Below, piece by piece: positions 48,616 to 61,500 of a stretch of 64,000 bases of DNA (within the stretch, counting starts at the first letter, position 1; the number at the start of each line of letters is the position of its first letter). Both the position numbers and the translations under genes were made by a program. This DNA comes from an uncultured Verrucomicrobiae bacterium. Its GTDB lineage: Bacteria; Verrucomicrobiota; Verrucomicrobiia; Limisphaerales; Palsa-1400. The notes under the pieces were generated by a model. It was not told where the DNA came from. It made no database searches and was given only the letters and a program-made list of their open reading frames with translations. The stretch spans positions 32,001-96,000 of the forward strand of contig CAVPOM010000004.1 in NCBI GenBank assembly GCA_963707025.1, written 5' to 3'.

Positions 48616-51600
48616 CTATGGGGGTTGCGGGGAAAACTGATTCACAGGATTGGCCATGCTCACCATGAGAACGGCCGTGCCGGGAATCGGAAAATCATCC
48701 CCGGCCAGGACTCCGCCCTGGACGAGTGCGACGCGCCAGCGGCCCGATTCTGAATCAAGCATACGAACGGCCAGGGCGTTGCTCAGGCCAAGCTGGCGCA
48801 GGAGCTGGAAGGCGCTGTAGGCGTCCGGAAACGGCGTGTAGCCAAAGACATTGGGCCCGGCGGCCAGGTTGATGGGCGAACTGTTGTTGAGGCCGAGGTC
48901 CAGCACCTGGGAGGTGTTGAACTTGATCCAGAGAAAACTGCCGGCCACGAGACTGAAATTCTGCCCCGAAAACACCCCGGCGGAGACGGACGCCGTTTGC
49001 GTGACCACTTGCGGCACCAGCGAGGCGTATGCGGTGACGGATTGGACGCCGCTGCCCGCCCAAAGAGAGAGCAATCCGTAAGCGTTCTGGGCATACGAAA
49101 CCATGGCAGGAGTGACCAGGACGACATTGCGGTTCTGAAACACCGCTTGGAGCGAGGGCAGCGCGGCGGAGACAATCTGCGATTGATTGCTCACCGTTTC
49201 CTGCCACACCCCCCACCCATCCGCCAGAGACGGGAAGGTCTTCAGGGTGGGCGTGCCGGTCAGGGGGACGGCCAGCAGGCTGGGCAGGTAAATCAACCGG
49301 GCGTTGCCGGTTTGCGGCCCAAGCCCGTCCTGCATGCAAACCAGCCACGGGCCGTCCAGAGTTGGCTGGCTTGCGTTTTGGGCGCCGCTGGTGATGCGGA
49401 TTTCCGCGTTGCGCAAAAGATCGAAGCCATAGATGTCAAGCTCGACATTGCGATTGTCGTCCCAAACGATCCAATTGCCGTAGATCGCGGGGTTGAACTG
49501 CTCGTAAATATTGGTGGTGATGCGCCGCACCTGCTGTGATTGGAGATCACAGAAATAGATTTCTCCCGGACCCTGGTCGCGAAAGTCCTGCCAGACGACG
49601 CGCGCCGCCTGGACTTCAGGATCCAGTTCATCCTGGGTGGATGGGGAGACGGTGAAAATCTGGCCGCTGCTCAGGTTGGTGGCGATGAGCAGCCAGGGAG
49701 TATTGGAGTTCCCGGTGGCGCGGGATTGATAGACCACCCAGGGCCAGTCAATGGCCGGTTTGATTTCATCGGTTGCGGAGGTGCTGGTCAACTGGGTCAG
49801 GCTGTTGGTCGTCTCCATGTCATACATGAAGAGGTCCCAATTGCCGTTGGCTTCCTGCCCCTGCCAGACGACGTAGCGGCCATCGGTGCGGGGGTTTTCC
49901 TGGCTCAATGGAGTGTGGGTCAACTGGGCGATGGATCCGCTGGCGGAAGCGATATCCCGCGCGTAAATCTCCCAGTTGCCATCGCTTTGGTCCTGCCAGA
50001 CGGCCCAACGGCCGCGCGCGCGCGGATTGGCCGGGCCGCGATTGAAGCCGGCGAGCAGACCGGTGTTGCCGGAAAGGTTTCCAACCTGGGCCAACCCGAC
50101 AAAGAAGTTGGTGTTGCCGAGGGTGTCAGCCAGCGTGATGCGAACGGTGTACCAGCCGGGCGGTTCGACAACTCCCCCGTTTCCCAGCCCGTTCCAGTTG
50201 AAGGTGACCGGTCCGGCGCCAATGTTGGTGTAGTCCATTGTCAGAACGTCCGGCAGCGCGCTCTGGTCATAGCCGTAAAGAGGATTCACGGTCCAATCCA
50301 CTGTGGTCGGGACATTGGTGGGTTGATAGACGCCAGCCACTTCGCCCAGCACGCCGATGACGTGCGGGCCGGGGCTGAGGTTGGAAAGAACGAGCGCGGA
50401 GGCGGAGTTGGTGGGAGGGCGGAAGTAGCCGCTGTCAATCGTCCACTCGTAATTTGTGACCGATGCGCCGCCGATCATCAATTGGGCGGAAGTCCCCGCC
50501 GCGGGTGTGGCGGGCGCGCCGGCAATGGTGGCGGGCGGAGCCGCCGGACTGACGACCCAGCTTGCCGTTACCGCGTCGCTGGCGGCCAAATAGGTCCCAT
50601 AGCGCGAGCGGCCCAAAACGGCAACCGTGTTGGTGCCTGCCGGAAGGCCCGACAACGACAACGGCGTGGAAACCGTCGTTTCGGCGCTCCAAGGGCTGCC
50701 GTTTAATTGGTACATGTAGAAGTCAACGTTCTGTCCGGCGATGTTCAGCGCGGCCGTCGTGCTGGCAGTGGGCGAAGAAGGAGTGTTGGAGATGGTGGCC
50801 CAGCCGGTCACGCCCTGGAAGATGCCAATCTGCGCGTTGACAGCGTTGGGGTTGGGCGCGGCCTGGAAAGTGATCGGGACGCTGCCCGGGCGGATGGAAA
50901 GGGCGTTGCCGGGATTGACGACGGGCTGGGATGGCACCAGGGCGGAGGAGAAGCCGAGCGAACCCGGGCCGGGCAGAACGAGCGTGGCGGTGTGAGTGCC
51001 TTCCTGGTTCAAACTGGTGTCAATCGCATAGTAGGACAGTTCGTAGGAGCCTGGAGTGCTCAGACTGAAAGGCAGAGCGGGTGCAAACGGAGCGCCGCCC
51101 AGGCTGTCGTAAATGGTCACCGGCACGGCGTCCTGCGAAAGGAAGTACATTTGCGTCTGGGGTGTGACGTAATAAATGCCATTGGTATAAGTGGATGCGC
51201 CGGCAAACATCAGCGTTGTCACCGGCGCGTTGGTGCTGGCCGGAGGATTGGTATAGGTGATGGTGTAGGTGTAGGTCCCCAGGTTGACCAAATCGAAAAG
51301 GTTCAGGTAAGTGTCCTTGAAGTTGCTCACCGGTTCGTAATGGAGGCTGGTCCAAAAATTATTCGTATTCAGCGCCTTGCCATCCGAACGCACCACGCTG
51401 GCGATGGGAAGCTTGGCCTGGTTGGGATCGTTGAGCCGCAGGTAGCCCCAGCCGGAAACCGTCGCATTGAGGCTTACCTGGCAGGTTAAGCCCGAGCCTG
51501 AAACCGAGGCATTGGTCAGCATGTTGACCGGATAAACCCCTCCCTGGCTTTCGTAGAGCGAGTCCGGGATGAGATTGTCAATGGCGTCCAGAGTCCCGGT

Positions 51601-52584
51601 GGTATCGGCCAGAAAATCGCGGATGCTGTCCCGTCCCAGCTGGTCGTCCAGAACCTCATGGAGGAAGAGACAGGCGTTGACCGACTTGATCAGCGAGGTC
51701 TCAGCGCCGCCCAAAGCCGTCGAGTGGCTGTAGGTCGCGCTCACGGACAGGAAGGTCCCCGACAGAGTGACCACCATGTCCCAGGCGCCCTTGGTGGCCT
51801 GGCCGGGCGACAAATTGCCGAGATTGACCGTGAGGTTGGCGTTGGAAAGCGGCGAATCATTGACCCGGGAACCGAGCAGTTGGGCGACGAGCGGCAGATT
51901 CTGCACATTGGAGGCAATCTTGGGCTGCTGGGCGTTGATGAATACGTTTCTGGCCACACCATAGCCGGCATTTTGCACCAGCACGCCAAAGGTAAATGGA
52001 ATCGGAGCACCCAATCCTGTGTAAGGATCCATGCCGGTGACATCGCGCGGCTGGAAGTAGGTGATTTGTAATTGCGCGTCCGGAAGCACCGTGATGGGGG
52101 CTGGAATGACCACCAGCGAGGAAGCCGGGATGGGCGTGCCGTTGATTTGCCCGCCGACGTTGGCGCCGACCTGGTAAAGAAGGCCGCCGGGGGAAGTTCC
52201 CCCGGCGTTGACCGTGGGGATCAGGAACCAGGTAATAGTCGCCGTTTGTCCTGGCGCAATGACTCCCGCGCCGCTGACGTCGGAAATGTTTTGCAGGGTC
52301 GGCGGCTGCACAAAAAAGAGGCTGGAAGAATCATTGACAGTCCCGTTGGTCGAAAGAGCGGCATTCTGGAAAGTCAGATTGGCCGAAAAGCCGGTGATAG
52401 GGTTGTTGGGATCGTTGTCCGTAATCTGCATGGTGGCTTGAAAGCCGGTCTGCTCCAGCGTCAACTGCTGGGAGAGCACAATTTGAACGGGGGCGCACAG
52501 GCCTTGAAATTGTTCCTGTGCCAGGGCCGGCCGGGCCGGAAGGCCGGCGCAGAGGATCGCCAGAAATGACTTCCAGCGGTTCAT
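48616..52584 (-). CDS. Large secreted protein with beta-propeller (WQD-NWDIY-type) repeats
   Basis: Signal peptide MNRWKSFLAIL; repeats VWQDQSDGNWEIY, VVWQGQEANGNWDLF, IVWDDNRNVELDIY; ATGA-coupled. Confidence 0.8.
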   Translation of the reverse strand: MNRWKSFLAILCAGLPARPALAQEQFQGLCAPVQIVLSQQLTLEQTGFQATMQITDNDPNNPITGFSANLTFQNAALSTNGTVNDSSSLFFVQPPTLQNISDVSGAGVIAPGQTATITWFLIPTVNAGGTSPGGLLYQVGANVGGQINGTPIPASSLVVIPAPITVLPDAQLQITYFQPRDVTGMDPYTGLGAPIPFTFGVLVQNAGYGVARNVFINAQQPKIASNVQNLPLVAQLLGSRVNDSPLSNANLTVNLGNLSPGQATKGAWDMVVTLSGTFLSVSATYSHSTALGGAETSLIKSVNACLFLHEVLDDQLGRDSIRDFLADTTGTLDAIDNLIPDSLYESQGGVYPVNMLTNASVSGSGLTCQVSLNATVSGWGYLRLNDPNQAKLPIASVVRSDGKALNTNNFWTSLHYEPVSNFKDTYLNLFDLVNLGTYTYTITYTNPPASTNAPVTTLMFAGASTYTNGIYYVTPQTQMYFLSQDAVPVTIYDSLGGAPFAPALPFSLSTPGSYELSYYAIDTSLNQEGTHTATLVLPGPGSLGFSSALVPSQPVVNPGNALSIRPGSVPITFQAAPNPNAVNAQIGIFQGVTGWATISNTPSSPTASTTAALNIAGQNVDFYMYQLNGSPWSAETTVSTPLSLSGLPAGTNTVAVLGRSRYGTYLAASDAVTASWVVSPAAPPATIAGAPATPAAGTSAQLMIGGASVTNYEWTIDSGYFRPPTNSASALVLSNLSPGPHVIGVLGEVAGVYQPTNVPTTVDWTVNPLYGYDQSALPDVLTMDYTNIGAGPVTFNWNGLGNGGVVEPPGWYTVRITLADTLGNTNFFVGLAQVGNLSGNTGLLAGFNRGPANPRARGRWAVWQDQSDGNWEIYARDIASASGSIAQLTHTPLSQENPRTDGRYVVWQGQEANGNWDLFMYDMETTNSLTQLTSTSATDEIKPAIDWPWVVYQSRATGNSNTPWLLIATNLSSGQIFTVSPSTQDELDPEVQAARVVWQDFRDQGPGEIYFCDLQSQQVRRITTNIYEQFNPAIYGNWIVWDDNRNVELDIYGFDLLRNAEIRITSGAQNASQPTLDGPWLVCMQDGLGPQTGNARLIYLPSLLAVPLTGTPTLKTFPSLADGWGVWQETVSNQSQIVSAALPSLQAVFQNRNVVLVTPAMVSYAQNAYGLLSLWAGSGVQSVTAYASLVPQVVTQTASVSAGVFSGQNFSLVAGSFLWIKFNTSQVLDLGLNNSSPINLAAGPNVFGYTPFPDAYSAFQLLRQLGLSNALAVRMLDSESGRWRVALVQGGVLAGDDFPIPGTAVLMVSMANPVNQFSPQPP

Positions 52585-55500
52585 TTGGGCACCTCCGCAG
52601 TTCGAATTGGGACATCCAGTGGCAGCGGGCCAGGCCCACACTTATCATGCACCAGCACGTTATTGGCGTAAAATGCGTTATCGAGTGCAAGCCCCAAAGT
52701 AAACATCTCTCTGCCGCCCGATAATACACGGTTTCCGGTCACTTCGAGGCGCTGTCCGTGGGAGTTAAAGAGCCAGTCCCCCGCTTTCAAATCGGCCGCC
52801 CGTCTCCAGCCTTTGCCATCCACCCAGAACTGGTGCTCGATCGTGGCTGTCACCGCTGGCGCAGGCTCGCCGCGCGCTGTGGTCAGTTGGATTTCACGCG
52901 CGTCCGAAGAAACCACGGAGCGGACTTCCCTGACAATGGCAACATTCTGCGGGCGCTCCCCGCTGCGAACCATGTCGTTGGTTTTGACTTCGGCAATCGG
53001 TTTGCTGGTGCCGTCAGCCATCAAGACCAGCGTTTCGGGATCCAGACAACCGCCGCCCGTGACGGAGAAACCCGGACCGGATTGAGGCGCGCTGGGGGGA
53101 TTGGGCAGATTGGGTATGGGATAGTTGAGGCCGGAGCCCAGACCGAGGGCCACGGTTTGAAAACCCAGGAACATGCCTTGGATGACGCAGCCCTCCAGCC
53201 CGCCGCTTAATCCCCCGTTGGGTCCAATATCGAGCAAGGAACTGATCAGCACAGCGCCGTTGGCGGTGATGTTGACCTCGTTTTGCGTCACCGGGCAGAT
53301 GCCGCCGCCGTTCAAAATGGCATTCAGTTCATCCGCATAGGCGTTGGGGTTTGAGCTCGTGCCCAGGCAGGTTTGGAACCCGCTTTGCTGCCGGGTTGGA
53401 TCACTGGTGCCTGTATAGGTGACGGTGAAAGGAACATCCACCGTCTGTTGCGGAAGCAGCACCGGAATGAAGGTGATCAGGGGTTGATAACTGGCGGTTT
53501 CGTCCTGTTGTCCGCTGATGGTGACATTGGTCATTTGCACCAGGCCTTGATTTTGCACGGTGACGGTGTAGGTGGCTTGGAATCCGGGGGTCACATTTTC
53601 AAATGTCTGCAAGACCGGTGTTACCACCAGCACCGGCAAGGGCACGAAGGTTTGATAGTTTTCCGTCACTGCGATCGTGTAGTTATCCGAGAACGCCACC
53701 GGGACAACGGTAAAGTTGATGGTCACCAGGCTGCGATTAAGGCTGACCGCCTGGGAAACGGTTTGATCGGCGGTAATCGTCACAAGGCCCGCATTGGCCG
53801 AGCATCCGGGCGCCGATGCCTGCCAGCTCCAGGCCCCTTCCATCAGGTTGCTCACTGTGCAATAACCATTGCTGTCGGTCAGGAACGGCCCTTCGCTGGC
53901 TGAAATCAGGCTGTTGTTCAAGCGGATGCTCGCCCCCGACAAAGCCGTGCCCAGAATATCATTGACATAAAACTGCACGGCGCCGGTCAGGTCTGAAGTC
54001 ACGATGGCGGCCACGCTCACCGGAAAAGGCACTGACAGGTTTGTTCCTTGGATGGTCACCGTGTCCTGGTAAAAGGCCAGTGGCGTCGAGGAGGGCGGAT
54101 TGAAGACGACACCAAAAGTGAAGGTTTGACCGGGAGCCAGGTCGGGCAGTTGAATCAGGCCGTTGCTCGAAACGGGCAAATTGACCTGCATCCAGGCATA
54201 GTTGGTCGGCGGGAGCAAGGTCACACCCTGCAAACTGTTCAACCCGTGGTTGGCCATGGTGATTTGCCCGCTGACCTGCTCGCCCCGGTTCACATTGACT
54301 TCCAAGTAGCCGACGGCCGGCTGGGTGACGGCCAAAACCGGAACCGCCGGCAGCAGACTGACCGTCCCGGTGAACGTCGTCGTGGCCCCCTCGGCGGAAG
54401 CAAAGGTAAAGACCACCTGGGCCGAATTGGGCGCGTCGCTCGTGGCCGCCAATTCCAGATTAACAGTCAGCGATTGATTGGGGGCAATGGTCAGACTGGA
54501 GCTTGTGAGATTTGTCCCCGTGATTTTGGCCAGTGGAACCAGATTGGTGCCGGAGACTTCATACGCCGCAAAGCTGGTGCTGACAGCCGTCAACGACATG
54601 TTTCCCGGATTGAACACTTGCACCGAGAAGCTGAGGGTGCCATTTTTCGACATGACAATGTCACCCGACGAAGGGGTTGCGTAAAGGCGGTCAATCTCAA
54701 CCATCGCCTGGTTTAATTGATCAACGACCAGCGGGTTGGCCGCCCACAAGCTCAAGGTTCCTCCAAAGCCGGGCGGCGGGTTGTAGGTGTAAGCGTAATT
54801 GCCGTTGCTGTCGGTCGTAACAGGCTGATCCCAGACATAGCCGCGGGTGGCAAAACCGAGGTTCAAAGCCGCGTTGGGCGCGGGTAGCCCGCTTGAATAG
54901 TAGATGGCCTGGCCGCTAATGAGGACCGGCTCGTCATTGTCATAAATGAGCTTGTCTGTTTGCGCCGTTCCGTAATAGGGCGTCTCCGCCAGGCTGGAAA
55001 TCATGCTGCCGGTTAAGGGTCCGGATTGGGTTTGGCTGCTGGTGCCGATTTGATTATAGATGGCGCTGGCGACCGCGACAAAGGCGGTGTTGGTGGCTCC
55101 GGTCAGCGCGAGCGGCGCCAGAACATTGGGCACGGTCAAACTCAGGGAGGAGCCTGCCGGAATATCCACGTAGCCCGTGCCGTCGGCCAGGAACACCGTC
55201 CCGGCGGGAGCACCTTCGAAGCTGGTGCGGCTGACTTCCTGCCCAAGGTTGTTTTGGACAGAAATATATACATCGCCAGGTTGTGCCCCAAAACCCCTCG
55301 CCACAATCACCTGCATGTCCACCCAGGCCTGGTTAAAAATCTGGACTTGAATCGGCGACATTCCACCCGCCAAAGGGAGTTGGTTGGCGGAAACCGCGAT
55401 TTCAAGGCCCGGCAACTGGCTGTTGGTCACGCTGAACGTCTGTTGATAGGTTACCACCGCCCCTTCGCTCTCCGCCTGTTGGGAGACGCTGATTTGAATC

Positions 55501-58500
55501 GTCTGCGCGGCCACAACGTTGGCTTCGGGCACGACGACGGACAGTTGCTGGCTGGCGCCGGCGTTGATGGAAACGGTCCATGCGTTGGTCACCGTCAGCG
55601 GCGATGCGCCTGCCGCTGAACGAGTCAGCGTCAACTGCGCCAGCGGCAGCGCGGCCCTGGAACTCAGGTTCGTCAGACCTATCTGGAATTGGTCGAAGTA
55701 GGCGGTCAGCACCGGATGACTCGTCCCGCCCCCATTGGGATTGACCAAAAGGCCCAACGATACGGGATAAACCGAAACCACGCGTTGCGGACCTTCCTGT
55801 CCGCTGCCATTGACGGTGCTGACGCCATACTGGACGACGTCCGTCATCGGCAGGCTGTCCGTGTAGGTCAGCAAGGAGAGCAGCGACGTGTTTTGTTTGA
55901 CGCCGTTCCGATAGACGTTGAATCCGACCACCGTGGAATCCGACGAGGTCCAGTTTAAAACGGGAGCCTGTGACGGGACAACCAAGGCCGAAAGGTTGCT
56001 GACCGGGCCGACCAAAAGTTGAATTGCGGCTGGAGCACTTGGGTTCTCGTTGCCGATGGCGTCGGACGCGGCAACGATGTAGGTGCTGGTGCCGCGCGGC
56101 GGATAGTCTATGACGGGCTGCACGCTCGAAACCGTCTGGATCAGCGAACCGTTGCGGTAGATGTTGTAATGATCGGGGACTTCTCCCGACGGTTCCTGCC
56201 AGATGATTTGGACGCCGGCGGCGGCCAGTTGCACCTGCACGTTGGTGGGCGCGGGCGGCGGGGTGCGGTCTGACAAAGCAACGACGACGTTGGAGATGGC
56301 GCTCTCTGATCCGAGGCGGCTGGCGCTGATGCCATAGCTATACAGTCCGTCGGTCGGCGGCAGGTCGGTCACAGTGGTGGAACTGAGGTTGTCAAGGTCG
56401 AGCGTGGCCGGAGTCGTGAAATTGCTGCCCGGCTCACGGTAGAGCCGGTAAATCTGGGCGCTTCCGACGGCATTCCAGGAAAGCGCGACAAAGCCGCCGG
56501 GAAAGCTCGTGACCGCGAGGTTGGTGGGCGATGGCGGCGGCGAGGGAAAAGTGGTATTGTAGAGCTCCAGCCGCGCCCCAACGGTGATATTGGTGCCGAC
56601 ATTCCCGACGCTGTCCTGGGAACTGAAAGCAAAATTGCCGAACCCAGAGCCCATGGCCGCCGTCAGTGGGAGATTCGCAGTCCAATTGGTGCCGCTGCCA
56701 GTCAACGAAAGAATCACATCGGTTCCTTGAGGCGGCGCAAATGACAGGCTGGGCGTCGTCCCTTGCGCCGGAGGTTTGGTCAGCGTGAGATTTACGGCCA
56801 CCGTGGCGCCGCTGATGGTTTGGACCGGGCCCGGCGGAGCGGCCACGATGACAGCGGAAGGCGGCGTGGTATCAATGACCAGCAGCGTCCCGGAAGGCGC
56901 GCCGCTAAAAACATTGCCGGCCTGATCCTGGGCGGTGGCGAAGACCGCGGCGACTCCGGAAGGCGTCGAGGCGGTAACCGCGAAAGCGGACTGCCAGGTG
57001 TTGAGCGCCACGTTGGTCAGCGCGAGCAAGGCAGGCGAAGGTGCGCCGTTCGGCTGGATGGTCAGGGCAGGTGCCGCCGCCAGGGCCTTGCTGGAGGCCA
57101 CCGTGATGCCCACAGTGCCGACGCCGACCGGGGAAGGCGAACCGTAGGCGATGCTGATGCCCGGCGGAGTCGCGTCATAGACAATCGAGACCAGGCTGGA
57201 AAGCGGGCTGGGGTTGCCCGGCGGCATCGTATCCAACGACGCCGAAATAGTAGGTTCCGTTCGCCAGGCCCTGGGCCGTGTAGGACATGGCTGTCAAAGA
57301 AATCGAATGGCCGGTGGCCTGGCTGACAGTGGAGAACGGGGCATTGGCCCAGAACAATTGGAACGTGGCCGCCTGTTTGCCCGGCGGCGCAAACTGCCAG
57401 GCCAGATTGATTCCGGTGCCGGGAACATAGACGGGCTTATTCATGACCAGCGCCGCCGGCGGAATGGTTTCCACCGTGACTTGCCGCGCCTGCGACGAAG
57501 TTTGTCCCGTGCTGTCCGAAGCGACGGCGATAATCGGGTTGACGCCTTCGGTCAATGTGACGTTGGACAGGCTGAAATACCCGGAACTGTCCGCCGTCGT
57601 CGTTCCCAAAACCTGGCCGCTGTCAGTCACCTGGATGCCAATGTTCGCTTCGGCCGTGCCGGCGATGCTGATGTTGTCATTATTGGTGACATAATTGGAA
57701 GCCGGCATGGCAATGACCGGCGCCAGGGGCGGTGTCACGGCTACCACCACGTCTTCCTCAAGGGTGGCGATGTTGCCGGCGGCGTCGCGAGCGAGCAATT
57801 CGACTTGATGGACGGCGTTGTTCAGTGGCCGCACGTCGAAGTAGCAGGAGAAGCTGCCGCCCGTGTTGGTGGCCACACCGGCCCCGTCCACGTAAAACTC
57901 AATATCCTGCATTCCAAGGACCGCCGTGGCCGAGCCTGTGACCGTCACGGGCCGGTGCAACGTCTCACCCTCCGAGAGGCTGAACGACTGGATGACCGGG
58001 CCGGCGGTGATATAGTTGACATCCACTTCGACCGGGCTGTTGGTTTCGCCTGTGACGCTGCGGAATTGGGCGAAAATGTGCTTGAAGCCGGCCCCGGCGG
58101 AGAGCGGGAAAACGGTGTAATTGGAGAAGGCGGTAAAGAAGACGTTGCTGAACGTGAAATCTTCGCTCAGGCGCATCGCCGTGGCGGTGCGGCAGGCCAG
58201 TTGCAGGACGACGGAGCGGGCGCCGACTTGGGTAACGCCGTTGGACGCGCCGATGGCTGGGGTGAGCACCGGCTCGTAAGACAGAAACGGCGAGTAGGAG
58301 ACATTGCCGGCCAAGAGTGGCGTCAAACTGCCTTGCGCGGCGGTGCCCCACCAATTGGAAGAAGCGTTCAGAACAGCGCCGCCGGCAGCCCAGGCATTGG
58401 TTTGATTGTTCTGGATGACTGATCCCTCGAGGTTCAACGCTGCGGTGTCGGACTGCCGCACGCCGGTCTGGTTGCCCGAAAACAAGGCGCTGACGGTGGT

Positions 58501-61500
58501 CAGGGTTGCGCCGTTTTCCAGGAGCAGACCGGACGGGGTGTTGAAATTGGCCGTCAACGCCTGGACGGACGGGGCGCAGCCGTTAATCGTCAGCCCGGTG
58601 CCGTAGAGGATCTCAACAAACTGCAGACTGGAGGATCCGGCCCCGCTGCCGAGCGTGACCCCGCCCCAATCGCCGGGCGCGGGCAGGCCGCCGGAAACGT
58701 CCTTTGCCGAATCGAATATTATCGGCGCGAGGCCCGTGCCGTTGGCCGCCAGGCTTCCCTGGGCCACCGTCAGGCTCGTCCCCGGGGCGAAAAGCAAGGT
58801 GGTGCCGGGCTGAATGGTGAGCGTGGCATTACTGACCACAACCATGCTCTGATAAATGGGCACCACGACGGGCGCGCTGCCGCCTATGGTGGTGTTGACA
58901 CTGAGCGTGCCCGCGTAGGGATCGGTCCAGGCCTCGGTGGAGACGTTGGGGTTGAAGTTGTTGGCCGCGTTGAATCCGACGACTGCAAAATAATTGGTCT
59001 TGGTGCGGTCAAGACCATTGACTTGGAACGACGTTTGCGTCGGTCCCAAGGTGGCTTGCGGCGTCAGACCGGCCGCGGACGTGAAGTTGGCTTGCTGGTA
59101 ATAGACATAGAAGCCGGCGAAGCCGAGCAAGCCCGCCGTGCTGTAGCCATTCCAGGAAACAAGGGCGGAGGAGGCACCCACCGACGACACGGCAATGCTG
59201 ACCGCCGGCGGGAGGGAACTGGGCAAAATGATTTCCAGCGGCGTCAGTGTCGAAAGGCTGTTGCCGGCGGTATCCACCGCCTGCACCGCCGCGTAATAAG
59301 GAGTATCGAGCGACAGGCCGTTGAATTGCCAGCTTCTCGCTGCGGAGCCTAACCCTGTCAGGATAGGAAGCCCGGCCGCCGACGTGTAATTGGTCGTCTG
59401 AAGATAGACGTGGAATCCGGCCAAATCCGCCGGCGCATTGTAGCTGCTCCAGCCCACAGTGATGGACGAACTGTTGGACGCCACCAGCGTCAAGAGAGGA
59501 TTGGGCGGCGGAGTGGCCTCAACGGTGAACTGCGCCGCATTGGTCAAAGCCATGGTGTTGCCGTTGGTGTCCTGCGCGCCGGATACGTATAGTTGCATGA
59601 TGCCATCCATGCCGGGCGCAATCGTGACGGGCGGCGTGGAATAAGTATCGTTGTTCAGGACGGTGGCCGACCAGAAGCCACCGGCGGGCACGGCCGGCTG
59701 GATCGCGGCGGCGCTGTTGGTCAGGACCACCAGGGGCGAAACATTGGTTTGCATCGAGCGGTCGAACTGAAGGCGGACAACAAAATTGGTCGTGGATGGG
59801 ACAAGCGGAGAATAATTGACGCTGACGCTGGCCAGGATCGGCAGGATGCTCTTGCCGGCATAGACGGCCACGTATTCCAGGTTGGTGGGATCCAGCGTGG
59901 ATAAAGTCTTGGTGAAAGGATCGGCAAAACTGGCCGGCGTGTTGCTCAGAGCAAACTGCTGGAACGTGAAGACATCCGGTGCGTTGGTGACCAGGAGCGG
60001 CGCGCTGAAACTGGCGGTCTGGCCGTTCGTGTAGGTTCCCGCGCCCGCCACCAAGGCCAGCCCCGGCGGCGAAGTGGCGGTGGTGACAACATGGATCAGA
60101 TTGGCGGCGGCGTAATTGGCTACGAAGGTGTGGCTGGCAAAAATTACGCTGGTGAGCGCGGGGCTGGTGCCCACAATGACCGCGCCTTCCGTCCAATTGG
60201 AGAAGCTGTAGCCGAAACCCGGATAGGCGGTCAGCACGTTGGTCGTGCCATAGGAAAAAGATCCGGCGCCCACAACGGTTCCAGCCCCGGGCGGATTGTT
60301 GCTGACCGCAATGCTGAAGACGGGCAGGACAAAGTTCGCCACCAGGTCGCGATCACGGGTCGCGGTGAAGGCGTAGGTTGCATTGGCGCTTTGGAAAACG
60401 CCATTCTCCGTCCAAGTGGAGAAGCTATAGGGGAGCGTACTCGTGTTCGCTGAAGCGGTGAGCGTGATCAGGCTGCCCGCCAAAAACACCCCGCCACCCG
60501 CCGCCGAACCGCCACCTGGCGGGCTGGCCGTCACCGTGATGGTGTAGCTTTGGCTGGTGAAGGGCTGCACGGCGAAGTTGGCCGTTTGGTTGGAATTGTT
60601 CACAACCACCTGCTGCGCCGGCACCGTGTTGTAACCGCGCGCCACCAAACCTTGAACGCCAACGGTCCAGACTCCGTTGGTGACGTTCAACACGTAATTG
60701 CCGCCGGCATCCGTGACCGTGCTGAGGTATATGGAGGTGTTGAGATTGGTCAGGATGGCGAAGACCGTAATGTTGGTCACAGGAGCGCCCTGGTTGTTCG
60801 TGACCGAGCCGGTGATTTGCGCCGTGGCCCCGCCGGTGGAAATCGCGGTCAGCGACACTCCGCCGGCCGCGTAGTTGAGCAGCCAGCCGAGGTTGTTGCC
60901 CGGCAATGGAAGGTTGAGGGAATCGAACGCGTTTGTAAGAGCGCCGCACGAGATCAGCGGAATCGCGTCACCCGCGTTCGGCATGTAGCCGTTCAACAGG
61001 CTCACGTCCAGGGTGCCGTCAAGGCTCAGATTGCCGTTGACGATCAGCGGAGCGGGTTGCCCCGCGCCGCCGATGCCGAAATCCAATGTCGCGCCCGTTT
61101 GGGCGTAGCCATTGGCCATGCTGAAGTCAATCACGCCAGTCAAAATCTCCAAATCGCCGGCGTTGACGCATGAAACGGAAATGGAGGTCGTGCCTGTGCT
61201 GGCGGACTTTTCCAACGTGCCCACGTTGTGGAAATAGGCGTTGGTGGTGGAATAAAAGTTGATCATGCTCTGGTCGCACTGGATGCCCCACACGGCTCCC
61301 GCCAGGTTTTCCACCGCTCCGGCGTAGGGCGTATTGGTGTTGTTGAACACATACACGGTTCCACCCAGCCAGTTCACCGTCCCCGCGTTGGTCAGCGGGT
61401 TCTCCAAATACACCGTCCCACCGCCGTTAATGTTCAGCACCGCGTTGCTGGCGATGGCCAGGGGCCCGTTTGCAGTCCCCCCGGTCCAATTGACCAAAGC

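Noticed and set aside
52581..53048. Polymorphic toxin with pretoxin-HINT
   Set aside because: Only ~20 aa follow the Hint domain and no small immunity gene follows
57175..57236. Phase-variable split of the giant gene
   Set aside because: The run is only 3 G, too short for a contingency locus; likely sequencing error
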